Shown piece after piece: positions 27,387 through 37,481 of a stretch of DNA of 64,000 nt. This DNA comes from Patescibacteria group bacterium (GTDB lineage: Bacteria > Patescibacteriota > Microgenomatia > UBA1400 > PJMF01): the NCBI GenBank assembly GCA_023382875.1, contig JAHDXH010000002.1:5724-69723 (forward strand), given 5' to 3'. Under the pieces are notes generated by a model. That model had not been told where the DNA came from and made no database searches. It was given only the letters and a program-made list of their open reading frames with translations. A program made the translations under genes and the position numbers. The number at the start of each line of letters is the position of its first letter. Position 1 is the stretch's first letter.

Positions 27387-28238
27387 TTGCCTAACCGCTT
27401 ACTCTTTCTTCTAGGGAGTGGGAGCGGTTTTTTGCATCCCAATTTTATGGACAAGCAACGTTTTTTACATCACTATCTCAATCTTCAACTCGGTATTTTG
27501 TTTGATCAAATTAAGCCGGTCGCTGATTCATGGTTTTGTTCTAATGCCTCTGGCGAAACACCTTTTTGGAATCAGGCTGTAGCTTTTGAACCATTAACCG
27601 ATGTCCAAATAGATCGAATTGAAGCCGAGTTTGAAAAGATCAAGAGAACACCAGCTTTTTACTTACCACAACAAGATAATTTGGCAGATTTTTCTTTGGC
27701 ACTTAAAAATCAGGGTTATGAAACTAAAACCAGCGAAGTTTTTATGTTCCATGATGGCAAAAATGTACCTGTTTTGAACTTTGATTCTTTAAAAAAAGTT
27801 AGTTCAGAGACCGAACTCGAAACTTTTATGAAAATTTTTGATGATTGTTATCGTAGTGAAGACGAAAAAGCGGGTCGAGGTAGTGGCTTTAATCAATGTT
27901 TACAATCCACCAAGGATGATTGGTATCGTTTTCACAAAAACAACCGCGTCGAGTTTTTCATTTTATACTTTGAAAATAAACCCGTTGGAATTATTTCCTT
28001 AACCAATTATGAAGATATGGGCTATATCTCTAATATCGGTGTTTTACCAGCTTATAGAGGTTTGGGTCTTGGTAAACAAATTACACTCTTTGGAGTAGAG
28101 ATGTCCAAAAAACATGGCAACCAAACGCATTTTTTAATTGCAGAGCAAGGTGCTGCGCCAGAAAAAATCTACGAAAAAATTGGTTTTGAATCGAAGTTGG
28201 TTTGTGACTTGTTAGTTAAAGAAAAATTAGCAGTCTAA
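27387..28238 (+). CDS. GNAT-family N-acetyltransferase (true start possibly Met21 at 27447)
   Basis: C-terminal ISNIGVLPAYRGLGLGKQ acetyl-CoA-binding motif. Confidence 0.7.
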   Translation: MPNRLLFLLGSGSGFLHPNFMDKQRFLHHYLNLQLGILFDQIKPVADSWFCSNASGETPFWNQAVAFEPLTDVQIDRIEAEFEKIKRTPAFYLPQQDNLADFSLALKNQGYETKTSEVFMFHDGKNVPVLNFDSLKKVSSETELETFMKIFDDCYRSEDEKAGRGSGFNQCLQSTKDDWYRFHKNNRVEFFILYFENKPVGIISLTNYEDMGYISNIGVLPAYRGLGLGKQITLFGVEMSKKHGNQTHFLIAEQGAAPEKIYEKIGFESKLVCDLLVKEKLAV

Positions 28239-28319
28239 GCCGGTGATTGACAAAATTTCATCTTTTTAGTAAAAAAGTAGTTGATTATTAATTAACCTTA
28301 ATAGAAAGGAAACATTGAT

Positions 28320-28733
28320 ATGTCAATTACAAGTTTAACTCCTGTTTTAAGTTCTTTGGGTAGATGGCCTAGCTTCTGGGACGATGATTTTTCATCGTTG
28401 ATGACCACCGCGTCTAACAACCTCGATATTTACGAAACCGAAAAAGAAGTGGTGGTCAAAGCTAATGTTGCCGGCGTGCCTTCAGATAAAATAGACGTCA
28501 CCTTTGAGAAAGGTGTGCTGTGGATTAAGGCCGACCAAGTTAAAGAGGAAGATGACGAAAAGAAAAAACACTACTCACGTTCTTCTTGGAGCTATTCATA
28601 TAAGATAGCTGTTCCTGGTAGACTTGATCCAAACGCTGAGCCAGATGCAGCGGTGGAAAATGGTGTTATGACTGTCACTTTCAAAAAAGCTGAAGAAGTC
28701 TTGCCAAAGAAACTCAATGTGAGGACAAAATAA
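28320..28733 (+). CDS. Hsp20/alpha-crystallin small heat-shock protein
   Basis: alpha-crystallin domain (DIYETEKEVVVKANVAGV...VENGVMTVTFKK). Confidence 0.85.
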   Translation: MSITSLTPVLSSLGRWPSFWDDDFSSLMTTASNNLDIYETEKEVVVKANVAGVPSDKIDVTFEKGVLWIKADQVKEEDDEKKKHYSRSSWSYSYKIAVPGRLDPNAEPDAAVENGVMTVTFKKAEEVLPKKLNVRTK

Positions 28734-28762
28734 AAACTAAGTATTTGACTTAGATCTTAAAA

Positions 28763-28787
28763 AGCGCCCATTGTTGGGCGCTTTTTG
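28763..28787 (+). terminator. rho-independent terminator (AGCGCCCA-ttgt-TGGGCGCT plus T5)
   Basis: 8-bp GC-rich stem followed by a T-run after hsp20. Confidence 0.7.
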
Positions 28788-28829
28788 GTATAATTACCAA
28801 ATCGCTCGCATTGTTTTAAGGACAAAATC

Positions 28830-29072
28830 ATGAAACAAGCAGAGATATTTGGTGGTTTGTCTGGAGTTTCGCTGATGATTATGATTGTTTGCTTCGCTCT
28901 TTTGGGTATGAAGCAACCAATAACTCTGGGCAATGTGGTGCTGGGAATGATAATTCTTTCCGGCGGCAGTGTTTTAATTGGTGGTGGACTGTTTGTCGTT
29001 TTGGTAATTTGCTTTGGTCTCCTCAGGAGGGAACCGGCTCAAAACGAAGTGGTAGAAGATTACTACTACTAA
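28830..29072 (+). CDS. small membrane protein (80 aa, two helices, acidic DYYY tail)
   Basis: Hydrophobic ORF with a terminator immediately downstream. Confidence 0.5.
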   Translation: MKQAEIFGGLSGVSLMIMIVCFALLGMKQPITLGNVVLGMIILSGGSVLIGGGLFVVLVICFGLLRREPAQNEVVEDYYY

Positions 29073-29102
29073 AAAGATAGTTTCGCCATCGTATCAAAAA
29101 AG

Positions 29103-29132
29103 AAACCGGCTCGATCAAACAGCCGGTTTTTT
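29103..29132. terminator. bidirectional terminator (AAACCGGCT-loop-AGCCGGTTT) overlapping the stop of 29115..29768
   Basis: 9-bp stem with A-run and T-run flanks. Confidence 0.7.
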
Positions 29133-29768
29133 GTTGGCTCGAAATTGACGGAACAGGAAAACAACCCAAGAAACAGCTTCTAGGACTAGATAAACACCAG
29201 CTGGCATCCACCAACTGCTTTGGGCATCAAAAACATGGAACATAATGGCTAGGGCAGCGACATAAGTCAATCTTTGCAAAAGTTTCCAAACACCACCTAG
29301 CATTTTCATGGAAAAATTATTAGAAATTACCCATAACAAAAAGAAAATACTAATCGCAGCGAAGCCTGTTTGGTTGTAGACAAAAAGTGAAGGAATGACG
29401 CTTTTACCAGTTGAAATTAGACTGATTAAACTGGTAAATCCTGAATGAAGTATGGCGGTGAAAAAAGCAGTAATGCCGATTTGTCTTCTAAAAATAAGCA
29501 GGAGTGACTCAATTTGTCTAAAAATTCCCAAGCGCTTGAGAATACCGGGAGTCATACTAGCTAGGAGCAAAACAACGGAAATTTCGCCAAATTTGCTGCC
29601 AATTTCACCAAACATCGGTCTAAGACTTGGATAGTTGGGATAAACCCAAAGTCCAACAATATACATTGCCACCATGGCAATATAACCAATAAAAAATATT
29701 TTTTTGACAATTTTTTGATGTTTGGCTAAAAACAGGTAAAGATCTTTTAGAAATTTCATGAATATCAT
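29115..29768 (-). CDS. ferric-reductase-like transmembrane domain protein (MsrQ/YedZ-like haem-binding membrane subunit)
   Basis: Six helices with conserved His pairs (ILHSGF and MFHVFD), as in the FRD/MsrQ family. Confidence 0.6.
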   Translation of the reverse strand: MIFMKFLKDLYLFLAKHQKIVKKIFFIGYIAMVAMYIVGLWVYPNYPSLRPMFGEIGSKFGEISVVLLLASMTPGILKRLGIFRQIESLLLIFRRQIGITAFFTAILHSGFTSLISLISTGKSVIPSLFVYNQTGFAAISIFFLLWVISNNFSMKMLGGVWKLLQRLTYVAALAIMFHVFDAQSSWWMPAGVYLVLEAVSWVVFLFRQFRANKKPAV

Positions 29769-29788
29769 TATTCCCCACTTTTGCTTTT

Positions 29789-30487
29789 TTAGGAATAGTC
29801 TCCCCTTAATTCGAGTGGCAAGATCCTAGCTAGCTGACTCATGTAGTAATTAGTAGCTTCAATAAGTGAGCCAGCAGATGATGGTCTAATGGTTTCACCA
29901 ACTTTCAAATTGGTTTGTCCATTAGTGTGAGTTAAAGCCATGGGAATGGCTGGAAGTTGTCTACCATGAGCCAGTTTGGCAAAACTAGAATTAACTTTGC
30001 TTGAATCTAGGGTGTGAGCTCTAGTACCCATGGGAGCAATACCATAAAGGTTTCCGGGTTGAGATAAATAATGATCAGTTTTTTGTGCCAATTCTCTGAA
30101 GAGGTGAGTTTTCTCTTCATCAGAAAACCTAGCCTCATCTTTCTTTCTAATTACAGGAATGGGTACTGAACCGGTAAGTTGGCCAATCATGTCTAGGCCG
30201 ATTTTTTGCCAGCCTTGGTAGTGACTAATAGCTACAGGACCAAGCATCTTGCCTAGATTAGGAAGTTCGTTTCTCATGGCTACAGGCATAATGACAGCAT
30301 CAGATAGGCCGGAATGATAAATGAAAAGAATGGCAGAAGTAGTTAGCAGCTCTTGATTTAGTTGAGAAAGGTTTTCCTTATCTTCATCAGCTACACGTAG
30401 ATTGGCGCCGATTTTAATCAGCCAATAGGCTAGTTTTAAAATGGTATTGTTGTGGCTATTCTCCGCCGTTGGTCTCTGAATTTCCAT
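29789..30487 (-). CDS. lysophospholipid acyltransferase (PlsC-like)
   Basis: HSGLSD (HX4D) motif I and APMGTR (FPEGTR-like) motif III. Start moved to Met30, giving a 32-nt overlap with the upstream gene instead of a long out-of-frame overlap. Confidence 0.6.
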   Translation of the reverse strand: MEIQRPTAENSHNNTILKLAYWLIKIGANLRVADEDKENLSQLNQELLTTSAILFIYHSGLSDAVIMPVAMRNELPNLGKMLGPVAISHYQGWQKIGLDMIGQLTGSVPIPVIRKKDEARFSDEEKTHLFRELAQKTDHYLSQPGNLYGIAPMGTRAHTLDSSKVNSSFAKLAHGRQLPAIPMALTHTNGQTNLKVGETIRPSSAGSLIEATNYYMSQLARILPLELRGDYS

Positions 30488-31367
30488 TAGCTTGTCCTTG
30501 GCCGTTATTTTCGTTTTGCTGGCTGTTGTCGTTGCTATTGCCATTGCCTTGTCCTTGGCCGTTGTTTCTGCCATTGTTTTCCTGTTGAGGTCGCTCTTGT
30601 TGTTGAGGGGGTTCTGATTCTTGTGGTTGGCTTTCTACGCTGGTTGTATTGGGAATGTTTTGAGCTTCTTGCTCTAGTTCCTCAATAACTTGATCAATTT
30701 CTTCTTGGGTATCATTAATATTTTCTACAACATCTGGCTGAATAATTTCTTCCTCTGGAGGTTGAGCGGTTGGTGTGACTGGAGAATTAGTGGGATTTGT
30801 AGTCGGAATAGCAGGTTGTTGAGTAGCTGTGGGCTGAGTTGTAATAGGTTGGGTGGTGGTTGGTCTTGTATTGGTGTTGCCGCCAGTCGCCGGTGGGTTT
30901 TGGTAGTAATAATTATTTGTAACATTATTTACGACAGGGCGAGTTGTTTGGGGTTGGGTGGTGGTTGGGGTGGTAGTTGTTTGTCTGGGGTTAACGATTT
31001 TGTAGCTGGTTGTAGTTTTTTGTTGGGGTGGTAAATAAGAAATAGCTCGGTTAACTTTTTGTTCTTCAAGTTGGGTAGTAACCTGGTGAAGTGTTTCGAT
31101 ATATTTGGCGATAGCTTCTTTTTTGGCTTGTTCGTCGGTGATGCCTGATAAAGACTTACGTGTAGCCTCAATCTGCATGGTTAGATTATCCAAACTTTCT
31201 TTGGCGTGAACTCCTGATAAAACTTTGGTTACTTCGCCCATGCGACGTTCAGTTAATTTGAAATTTGTTGTAGATTGAAGTTGACTTGATGGACTAATCG
31301 CAAGTAAAAGCACTTTTTCCATGGCTAGTTTCATGCCATATGTGCTATCACCAGGAACAGCATCCAA
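30456..31367 (-). CDS. low-complexity Thr/Pro/Gln/Asn-rich protein with structured N-terminal about 110 aa
   Basis: Long ORF; the C-terminal two thirds are TTTPTTTQPQTT / NGQGQGNGNS repeats. Confidence 0.55.
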   Translation of the reverse strand: MDAVPGDSTYGMKLAMEKVLLLAISPSSQLQSTTNFKLTERRMGEVTKVLSGVHAKESLDNLTMQIEATRKSLSGITDEQAKKEAIAKYIETLHQVTTQLEEQKVNRAISYLPPQQKTTTSYKIVNPRQTTTTPTTTQPQTTRPVVNNVTNNYYYQNPPATGGNTNTRPTTTQPITTQPTATQQPAIPTTNPTNSPVTPTAQPPEEEIIQPDVVENINDTQEEIDQVIEELEQEAQNIPNTTSVESQPQESEPPQQQERPQQENNGRNNGQGQGNGNSNDNSQQNENNGQGQANGNSETNGGE

Positions 31368-31494
31368 GATGCTAGTGCCATACCACTAGGAGCCATTAAA
31401 CTGAAAAAAACTATCCACAAGAAAATGTTTAAATTGCGATTCATTAATCTAAAAGTAGCAAGTTTGATAGGGGAATGTCAATCCAAAGCTAAAT

Positions 31495-33033
31495 TTAGTG
31501 CGGTTTTCTTAACATCATTTCGCCGCCAGAAGAAAGGCGTAAGGATTCTGCTCCCACTTTTTGTAGTCCAGCAATATCTCTGACATTCTGAAAAACGAGC
31601 GCCATGACACAGTCACCAATCAGTAAGTTCAGTTTTTGTAATATAGTAGGAATATTGCCACGACCATGTTCTAAGTGAGCTCTAGTACCTTCGCCTTCCA
31701 CATAAGGAATTAAACCAAAAGGTCCAATGCGATCGCCCATGGCTTTCATGCCGGCCGATGCTTCGCCTCGATATGGTTTCCATGGTCCTTTTCCATCATC
31801 TTCGTCTTCAAAGTACAAATATCCACCTGGCGACTCGATGGTGCCACCACCAACTGCTCTGGTGACACCAATGCCGGTGCTGCCCAAAGCAAGGGTTTGG
31901 GCCACATAATCACTGCCACCACCTTCTACTATAATAGGTATCCTAAGTTTGCCGCGCATTTCCCAAACAAGTTGAGGCCAGTTAATGCCAACTCCACTTC
32001 TTACTCCAGTGGTACAGCGTCCGCCTCCACCAATTCCTAGATAAATGCCATCTGCGCCAGCAGCTTCTAGAGCAAGTGCTTGATCTAAGTCCACGACTTG
32101 TCCCACAAAGATTTCAATTGGTTCCCAACCTTGTTTTTCTTCTAGTTGGCGTAGGGCTTGCAATGTTTCCAGTGGCCCAAGGCCTGGTTCTGGGGAATAG
32201 ATGCGGAAGGTTCTCACTCCGGTTTCATATAAAATTTTTGCTCTATCCAATGCTTTATCGCCATCTGCTTCAAGGACACCCATGACGTTGTGACGCCACA
32301 TATTGAGAAGTTTTTCCCTGGTTTCTTCGCTTTTTCCGATCAGAGCGGGGCTGTTTTCTAAAAAGGCAAACGCTTCACGAGCTAACTCGCTTTGTCGATG
32401 TGGGTCCGAGAAAAAACCATCTCTGGGGACGCCACAAAGGCTGTGTGACATGGCCATGCTGGCAATAGCAGCCGAGCTACCCCAGATATCTGGGTTGGCT
32501 GAGCCGACAAAAACATTGCGAGCTTGTCTACCAAGTTTGACAAAGGGTCCTTGTTTGAAGCGTTCAGTTCTTTTAGTTCGATCTTTATCTGCGCCAGTGG
32601 GTCTGAGGGCAAACTCATTAATACCAACTATTTCATTGGTTTTACTGTTTAGGAGCTGGTTATCGCTAGCAGCTGGTGGAATAAATTCTCCAGAATCAAC
32701 TAAGAATAGTTGTTCGATTCTTTCGGGGTGATTAAATAAATCGAGGTAATAGAGCCAAGCGCGCACAGTTAGGTTGAAAAGCTCGGGAGGTAGTTCAGTT
32801 GTTTTGAGTTTTTCTGAGTGTTCGTCGTAGTCAGTAATAACTAAGCCTTGATCTGGGTATGATTCATATGGGTCGGTAGTGCTGACTTTAGCAAAGTATT
32901 CGAGCAACCATGGCCAAAAACCTTCAGCCTGAAGAAATAAAACCAGATCTTCTATATATTGTTCGGCAACCTCTCTTTCTTTTAATAAAATTGAAAGATT
33001 TGGAATGTCAGGTTTTTTTAGCACAAAACTCAT
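31495..33033 (-). CDS. IMP dehydrogenase/GMP reductase-family TIM-barrel protein with long N-terminal extension (no CBS pair evident)
   Basis: GIYLGIGGGGRCTTGVRSGVGI matches the IMPDH catalytic-loop GxGxGSICTT signature, followed by IIVEGGG. Start set at Met23. Confidence 0.65.
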   Translation of the reverse strand: MSFVLKKPDIPNLSILLKEREVAEQYIEDLVLFLQAEGFWPWLLEYFAKVSTTDPYESYPDQGLVITDYDEHSEKLKTTELPPELFNLTVRAWLYYLDLFNHPERIEQLFLVDSGEFIPPAASDNQLLNSKTNEIVGINEFALRPTGADKDRTKRTERFKQGPFVKLGRQARNVFVGSANPDIWGSSAAIASMAMSHSLCGVPRDGFFSDPHRQSELAREAFAFLENSPALIGKSEETREKLLNMWRHNVMGVLEADGDKALDRAKILYETGVRTFRIYSPEPGLGPLETLQALRQLEEKQGWEPIEIFVGQVVDLDQALALEAAGADGIYLGIGGGGRCTTGVRSGVGINWPQLVWEMRGKLRIPIIVEGGGSDYVAQTLALGSTGIGVTRAVGGGTIESPGGYLYFEDEDDGKGPWKPYRGEASAGMKAMGDRIGPFGLIPYVEGEGTRAHLEHGRGNIPTILQKLNLLIGDCVMALVFQNVRDIAGLQKVGAESLRLSSGGEMMLRKPH

Positions 33034-33161
33034 TTTGCCAAAGAATGACTTTGATGTCAAAATATATATTAGTGACAAAAAAGCATCAAAAAGAGTCATT
33101 TTCTACTTTAGATAAAGTAAATATTTTCCTTTCTCCCGCCTTAGTTTTAGCTTCCTGGTAT

Positions 33162-33518
33162 ATGTATATAGTCACTAGGGAAGACCGTTATGCTTTTGGT
33201 TCATTGATCGGTGAACATGTTAGTAATTTTTTTGGATCAGCTATGGCTATGTATTTGGCTACGACTTTGACCACTACTATAGAGAATATGGCGGAATTTG
33301 ATGAAATTAAGAAGGTGGCTCAGTTTTTGCAAGTGGTGAGCGCTATTGCTCTTTTGGGTATAAATTTGAATTTTGAAGTGTGGGATGGGAACTCGCAGAT
33401 GGTGGGAGACCTGTTTTCGGCAGTGCTAGCTATTGTTATGGTTTGGGCTAGTACGAGGCGCGCTTTGACAAAATTGGAAGCAAAACCTACAACTCACTTT
33501 GAAGACGACTTGGGGTAA
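33162..33518 (+). CDS. small hypothetical membrane protein (118 aa)
   Basis: In-frame ATG that avoids overlap with the divergent IMPDH-like gene; two hydrophobic helices. Confidence 0.45.
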   Translation: MYIVTREDRYAFGSLIGEHVSNFFGSAMAMYLATTLTTTIENMAEFDEIKKVAQFLQVVSAIALLGINLNFEVWDGNSQMVGDLFSAVLAIVMVWASTRRALTKLEAKPTTHFEDDLG

Positions 33519-33664
33519 TTTTCAAGTTTTTTCCTTATCGATCGACTTTTTTTACCCTTTTACGTTATAATAAATTCCACCTTTGCAACGAGTAGATATA
33601 CCTGATATAATCACGTCCTGTTCTTCAAAAAAGAGCAGCAAAGAAATTAAAAATATAAATTAAT

Positions 33665-33991
33665 ATGGTGAATACAGATAAGAACTCATCTTACAACATC
33701 AGAGTTAGACTCAAGGCTTACGACCACAGAGTTATTGATGAGGCATCTAAAAAAATTCTGGAAACCGTGGTATCCACTGGTGCCAACGTTGTTGGTCCTG
33801 TGCCTTTGCCAACTCATCGCAAGGAGTTCACAGTTTTAACTTCACCACACACTGATAAAAACGCTCAAGAGCATTATCAGATTAAAACACACAAGAGGTT
33901 GATTGATATTATCAACCCAACCAGTAAGACTATTGATTCTTTGATGCACCTTGACCTCCCAGCGGGTGTAGACATTCAAATCAAAATGTAA
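33665..33991 (+). CDS. rpsJ: 30S ribosomal protein S10
   Basis: [14 protein letters not shown]...GPVPLPT. Confidence 0.9.
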   Translation: MVNTDKNSSYNIRVRLKAYDHRVIDEASKKILETVVSTGANVVGPVPLPTHRKEFTVLTSPHTDKNAQEHYQIKTHKRLIDIINPTSKTIDSLMHLDLPAGVDIQIKM

Positions 33992-34101
33992 TTTATACCT
34001 AAAAATTTTTTTAGGATACAGTCTGAAAACAAACGAAAAAACAACACTAAGAATCAAGTTGATGAAACTAAGATTCTCTGAAGTAGAGAACAATAACTTA
34101 T

Positions 34102-34845
34102 ATGTTAAACCAAGTATTTGCTACCAAACTCAAAATGAGCCAGGGTTGGACAACCACAGGCAAACGCGTGGCAATCACACGCTGCCGTGTTGAAAGTAAT
34201 CTTGTTGTAGCAGAAGTTAAGTCCCCAGAAACTGATTCTAAGAAGATTTTTGAAATTGGATATGGCACCAAAAAAGCCAAAAACATGTCTAAGCCGCTAA
34301 GAACTAAACTAGAGAAGAGCGGCTTTTCTAATGGTATTTTAGGTTTGCAAGGTGTTCATCATGAAGGTGAAGACGTGAAAGTTGGTGATTCCATCAATTT
34401 GGAGCAAGTGCTCGAAGTTGGTGACATCGTCAAGGTTCAAGGAACATCAAAAGGCCGAGGTTTCGGTGGTGTTATGAAACGCCACGGATTCAAAGGTGTT
34501 GGTGGTCGCACTCATGGTCAATCAGACAGACAAAGAGCACCAGGTTCTATTGGTTCTGGTACTACTCCAGGTCGTGTTCTCAAAGGTTTGAGAATGGCTG
34601 GTCACTATGGTGTCGAAACAATCAGTATTTCTAACTTGACTGTTTTACACATTGATAGTGTCAATCAAGAAGTTTGGTTGTCTGGTCCAGTTCCAGGCTC
34701 ATTCAACTCCATCGTTCGTATTGAAAAGATGGGTAAAAAGAAAAATATTGTTTTAGACAAAAAAGCTTCAGGAATCAAAGAAGCTCCAGTAGCTGTAGAA
34801 AAAGCAGAAGCTAGTGAAGTCGCTAGTGAAGCTCAAACAAACTAA
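34102..34845 (+). CDS. rplC: 50S ribosomal protein L3 (with C-terminal acidic/Ala-rich tail)
   Basis: Sequence identity to L3 family; operon position. Confidence 0.9.
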   Translation: MLNQVFATKLKMSQGWTTTGKRVAITRCRVESNLVVAEVKSPETDSKKIFEIGYGTKKAKNMSKPLRTKLEKSGFSNGILGLQGVHHEGEDVKVGDSINLEQVLEVGDIVKVQGTSKGRGFGGVMKRHGFKGVGGRTHGQSDRQRAPGSIGSGTTPGRVLKGLRMAGHYGVETISISNLTVLHIDSVNQEVWLSGPVPGSFNSIVRIEKMGKKKNIVLDKKASGIKEAPVAVEKAEASEVASEAQTN

Positions 34846-35552
34846 TGAAATTAACTAAAGTTAACTTAACCGGCGCCAATAGTTCCTTAACAGCAAGTGA
34901 TGCTGTCTTTGGCTCAGTAGTCAACGAAACCTTATTGGCTCAAGCTGTTAGGGTTTATCTTTCTAACAAACGCCAAGGTACTAGTTACACTAAAACCAGA
35001 AGTGAAGTTAATCGAACCAAGAAAAAATGGTACAAACAAAAAGGTACAGGTAACGCTCGCCACGGTGCGCGTTCAGCTAACATCTTTGTTGGCGGTGGTA
35101 CCGCTCATGGACCAAAAGGTAACACTGATTGGACCTTAAAATTGACTGCAGTTTTAAAGAAAAAGGCCATGATCTCTGCTTTATCAGCTCAAGCTAGTAA
35201 AGTGATCGTGTCTGATGACATCATGAACTTGTCCGGCAAAACCAAAGAGGCAGCTGCTTTAATTACTAAAGTTGCTCCAGAAGCTGGTAAAGTTTTAGTT
35301 GTCATTAACAAGAGTGAAGAAAATGTCTTAAAGAGTTTGAGAAACTTAGAAACTGTCTTAGTTGTCTCTGCTTCCAGAGTTAACACTTTGGAAATCGTTC
35401 TCGCTGACGCAGTTATTATGACTTCTGAAGCAGTCAAAGCTCTTGAAGCTAGATTATTGGGTGAAGTCAAAGAGGTTAAAGAAGAAAAGTCAGCTGTTAA
35501 AGCAACCGCTGTCAAAACAACCAAAAAAGTAGCCGCAAAGAAAGCTGCTTAA
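34845..35552 (+). CDS. rplD: 50S ribosomal protein L4 (with Lys/Ala-rich C-terminal extension)
   Basis: L4 signature and position after rplC. Confidence 0.9.
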   Translation: MKLTKVNLTGANSSLTASDAVFGSVVNETLLAQAVRVYLSNKRQGTSYTKTRSEVNRTKKKWYKQKGTGNARHGARSANIFVGGGTAHGPKGNTDWTLKLTAVLKKKAMISALSAQASKVIVSDDIMNLSGKTKEAAALITKVAPEAGKVLVVINKSEENVLKSLRNLETVLVVSASRVNTLEIVLADAVIMTSEAVKALEARLLGEVKEVKEEKSAVKATAVKTTKKVAAKKAA

Positions 35553-35557
35553 TTAAT

Positions 35558-35863
35558 ATGAACGCCTACATTATTAGAAAACCAATTATTACTGAAAGAT
35601 CTTTGAGTCTCGCTCAAATGGAAAACAAATATGTTTTCGAAGTGAGTCGTTTGGCTAATAAAGATCAAATCAAAGTAGCAGTTGAAGAGTTCTTTGGCGT
35701 TGAAGTTAAAGCTGTTAACACTATTAGAAGTAATCGTTCCACCAAGAAAACTGGTAGAAAACGACAAACTGTAGTGGTTCCAGCAACTAAAAAAGCAGTT
35801 GTTGAACTCAAAAAAGGTCACAAAATTGACATGTTTGATTTCAACCCTAACGAAGAGAAATAA
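35558..35863 (+). CDS. rplW: 50S ribosomal protein L23
   Basis: L23 family sequence. Confidence 0.9.
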   Translation: MNAYIIRKPIITERSLSLAQMENKYVFEVSRLANKDQIKVAVEEFFGVEVKAVNTIRSNRSTKKTGRKRQTVVVPATKKAVVELKKGHKIDMFDFNPNEEK

Positions 35864-35879
35864 ATAGATATAACTAACA

Positions 35880-36713
35880 ATGTTAAAAATCAGTAAAGCA
35901 ACCACACCAGGACGAAGACACTTAGTCAGTGTTGATCGTTCCGAACTTTACAAAGGTGAACCTGAAAAGTCACTCTTAGTTCCTGGTCACAAAAAACGAC
36001 AAGGCCGTGGTTTTAAAGGTCACGTCACTGTTCGTCATCGAGGTGGTGGTGTCAAAAAGAGACTTCGCATTATTGATTGGAAGAGAGATAAAAGAGATAT
36101 TGTTGGTCTCGTTGAAAGATTGGAATACGATCCAATGCGTTCAGCCAATATCGCTTTAGTTATCTACGCTGATGGTGAAAAAAGATATATGCTCGCACCA
36201 AACAACTTGAAAGCTGGCGACAGAGTCGTAGCTGGTCAACAAGTTGAACCAAGTGTTGGTAATGCTTTGCCCCTTAAAAACGTTCCTGTAGGTACCCCAA
36301 TTCACAATATTGAGTTGAGAATTGGTAAGGGTGGACAATTAGTTAGAGGCGCAGGTGTCTCAGCTATGGTCCAATCCAAAGAAGGTGCTTTCGTGGCTGT
36401 TTTAATGCCATCTAAGGAAATCAGATTGATAAATAGCGAATGTTTCGCTACAATCGGCCAGGTTGGAAACCTAGATCACAAAAATCAACAACTTGGTAAA
36501 GCAGGTCGCAAACGCATGATGGGTATCAGACCAACTGTTCGTGGTACTGCTCAACACCCAGATTCACATCCACACGGTGGTGGTGAAGGTAGAAGTGGTG
36601 TCGGTCTTAAATTCTCCAAAACTCCATGGGGTAGACCAGCAATGGGTAAGAAAACTCGTAAGAAGAATCATGTCAATAATAAATTCATTATTAGAGACAG
36701 AAGAAGTAAATAA
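35880..36713 (+). CDS. rplB: 50S ribosomal protein L2
   Basis: L2 family sequence ([16 protein letters not shown]...). Confidence 0.95.
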   Translation: MLKISKATTPGRRHLVSVDRSELYKGEPEKSLLVPGHKKRQGRGFKGHVTVRHRGGGVKKRLRIIDWKRDKRDIVGLVERLEYDPMRSANIALVIYADGEKRYMLAPNNLKAGDRVVAGQQVEPSVGNALPLKNVPVGTPIHNIELRIGKGGQLVRGAGVSAMVQSKEGAFVAVLMPSKEIRLINSECFATIGQVGNLDHKNQQLGKAGRKRMMGIRPTVRGTAQHPDSHPHGGGEGRSGVGLKFSKTPWGRPAMGKKTRKKNHVNNKFIIRDRRSK

Positions 36714-36715
36714 AT

Positions 36716-37000
36716 ATGTCAAGATCAAGTAAAAAAGGACCATACATTGACCCAAAATTGCTTAACAAAGTGCTTAAGCAAAAAGAGTCAGGCAAGAAAG
36801 CTCCAATCAAAACCTGGAGTAGAGGTTGTACTGTTGGTCCAGATTTCGTTGGTCATACATTCATGGTTCACAATGGCAGAATCTTTTCTGAAGTTTTTGT
36901 CAATGAAGCCATGGTTGGTCACAAATTAGGTGAGTTCTCTCCAACCAGAACCTTTAGAGGTCACGGTAAAATTGTGAAGAGAACATTGACTAAGACCTAA
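36716..37000 (+). CDS. rpsS: 30S ribosomal protein S19
   Basis: S19 sequence (KKGPYID...[10 protein letters not shown]). Confidence 0.95.
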   Translation: MSRSSKKGPYIDPKLLNKVLKQKESGKKAPIKTWSRGCTVGPDFVGHTFMVHNGRIFSEVFVNEAMVGHKLGEFSPTRTFRGHGKIVKRTLTKT

Positions 37001-37007
37001 GGTAAAA

Positions 37008-37478
37008 ATGCAATTTAAAGTAACACAAAAAAATACCAGACAAAGTCCAAGAAAAGTTAGATTAGTGGCCAACACCATTAAGAAACTTCCTTTGGAACAA
37101 GCAATCAAGCAATTGGCTGTTATTGAGAGAAAATCCACTGTGGTTTTACTCAAGACTATCATGCAAGCTATTGCTAACGCTAAGAACAACCACGGTGTCG
37201 ACGCTGATAAGTTGGCTATCAAAGAAATTTTGGTCAATGTTGGCCCAAGTTACAAGAGATACAACGCAGTTAGTCGTGGTCGAGGTCACAGTATTCTAAA
37301 GAGAACCTGTCATATCAGTGTCACTTTAGAAGAAAAGAAAGCTGAAGTTAAACCAGCAGCTAAGGCTGAAGTTAAGACTGAAGCCGTCAAAACAGTAGAG
37401 AGTAAAAAACCAGCTGCTAAAAAAGCAACTGCTGTTAAAACAGCAAAAAAAGCAGTCGCAAAAAAAGCTGAAAAATAA
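37008..37478 (+). CDS. rplV: 50S ribosomal protein L22 (Lys/Ala-rich C-terminal extension)
   Basis: L22 family plus AKAEVKTEAVK... tail. Confidence 0.9.
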   Translation: MQFKVTQKNTRQSPRKVRLVANTIKKLPLEQAIKQLAVIERKSTVVLLKTIMQAIANAKNNHGVDADKLAIKEILVNVGPSYKRYNAVSRGRGHSILKRTCHISVTLEEKKAEVKPAAKAEVKTEAVKTVESKKPAAKKATAVKTAKKAVAKKAEK

Positions 37479-37481
37479 AAT

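Noticed and set aside
30690-31171. ORFs 30690..31034 (+), 30725..30925 (-) and 30929..31171 (-)
   Set aside because: They are alternative-frame readings of the repetitive low-complexity region of 30456..31367. Repeat DNA yields long open frames in several phases.
32910-33161. N-terminal 84 codons of track ORF 32910..33518
   Set aside because: This stretch is antisense to the 5' end of the IMPDH-family gene. An in-frame ATG at 33162 gives a non-overlapping small membrane protein instead.
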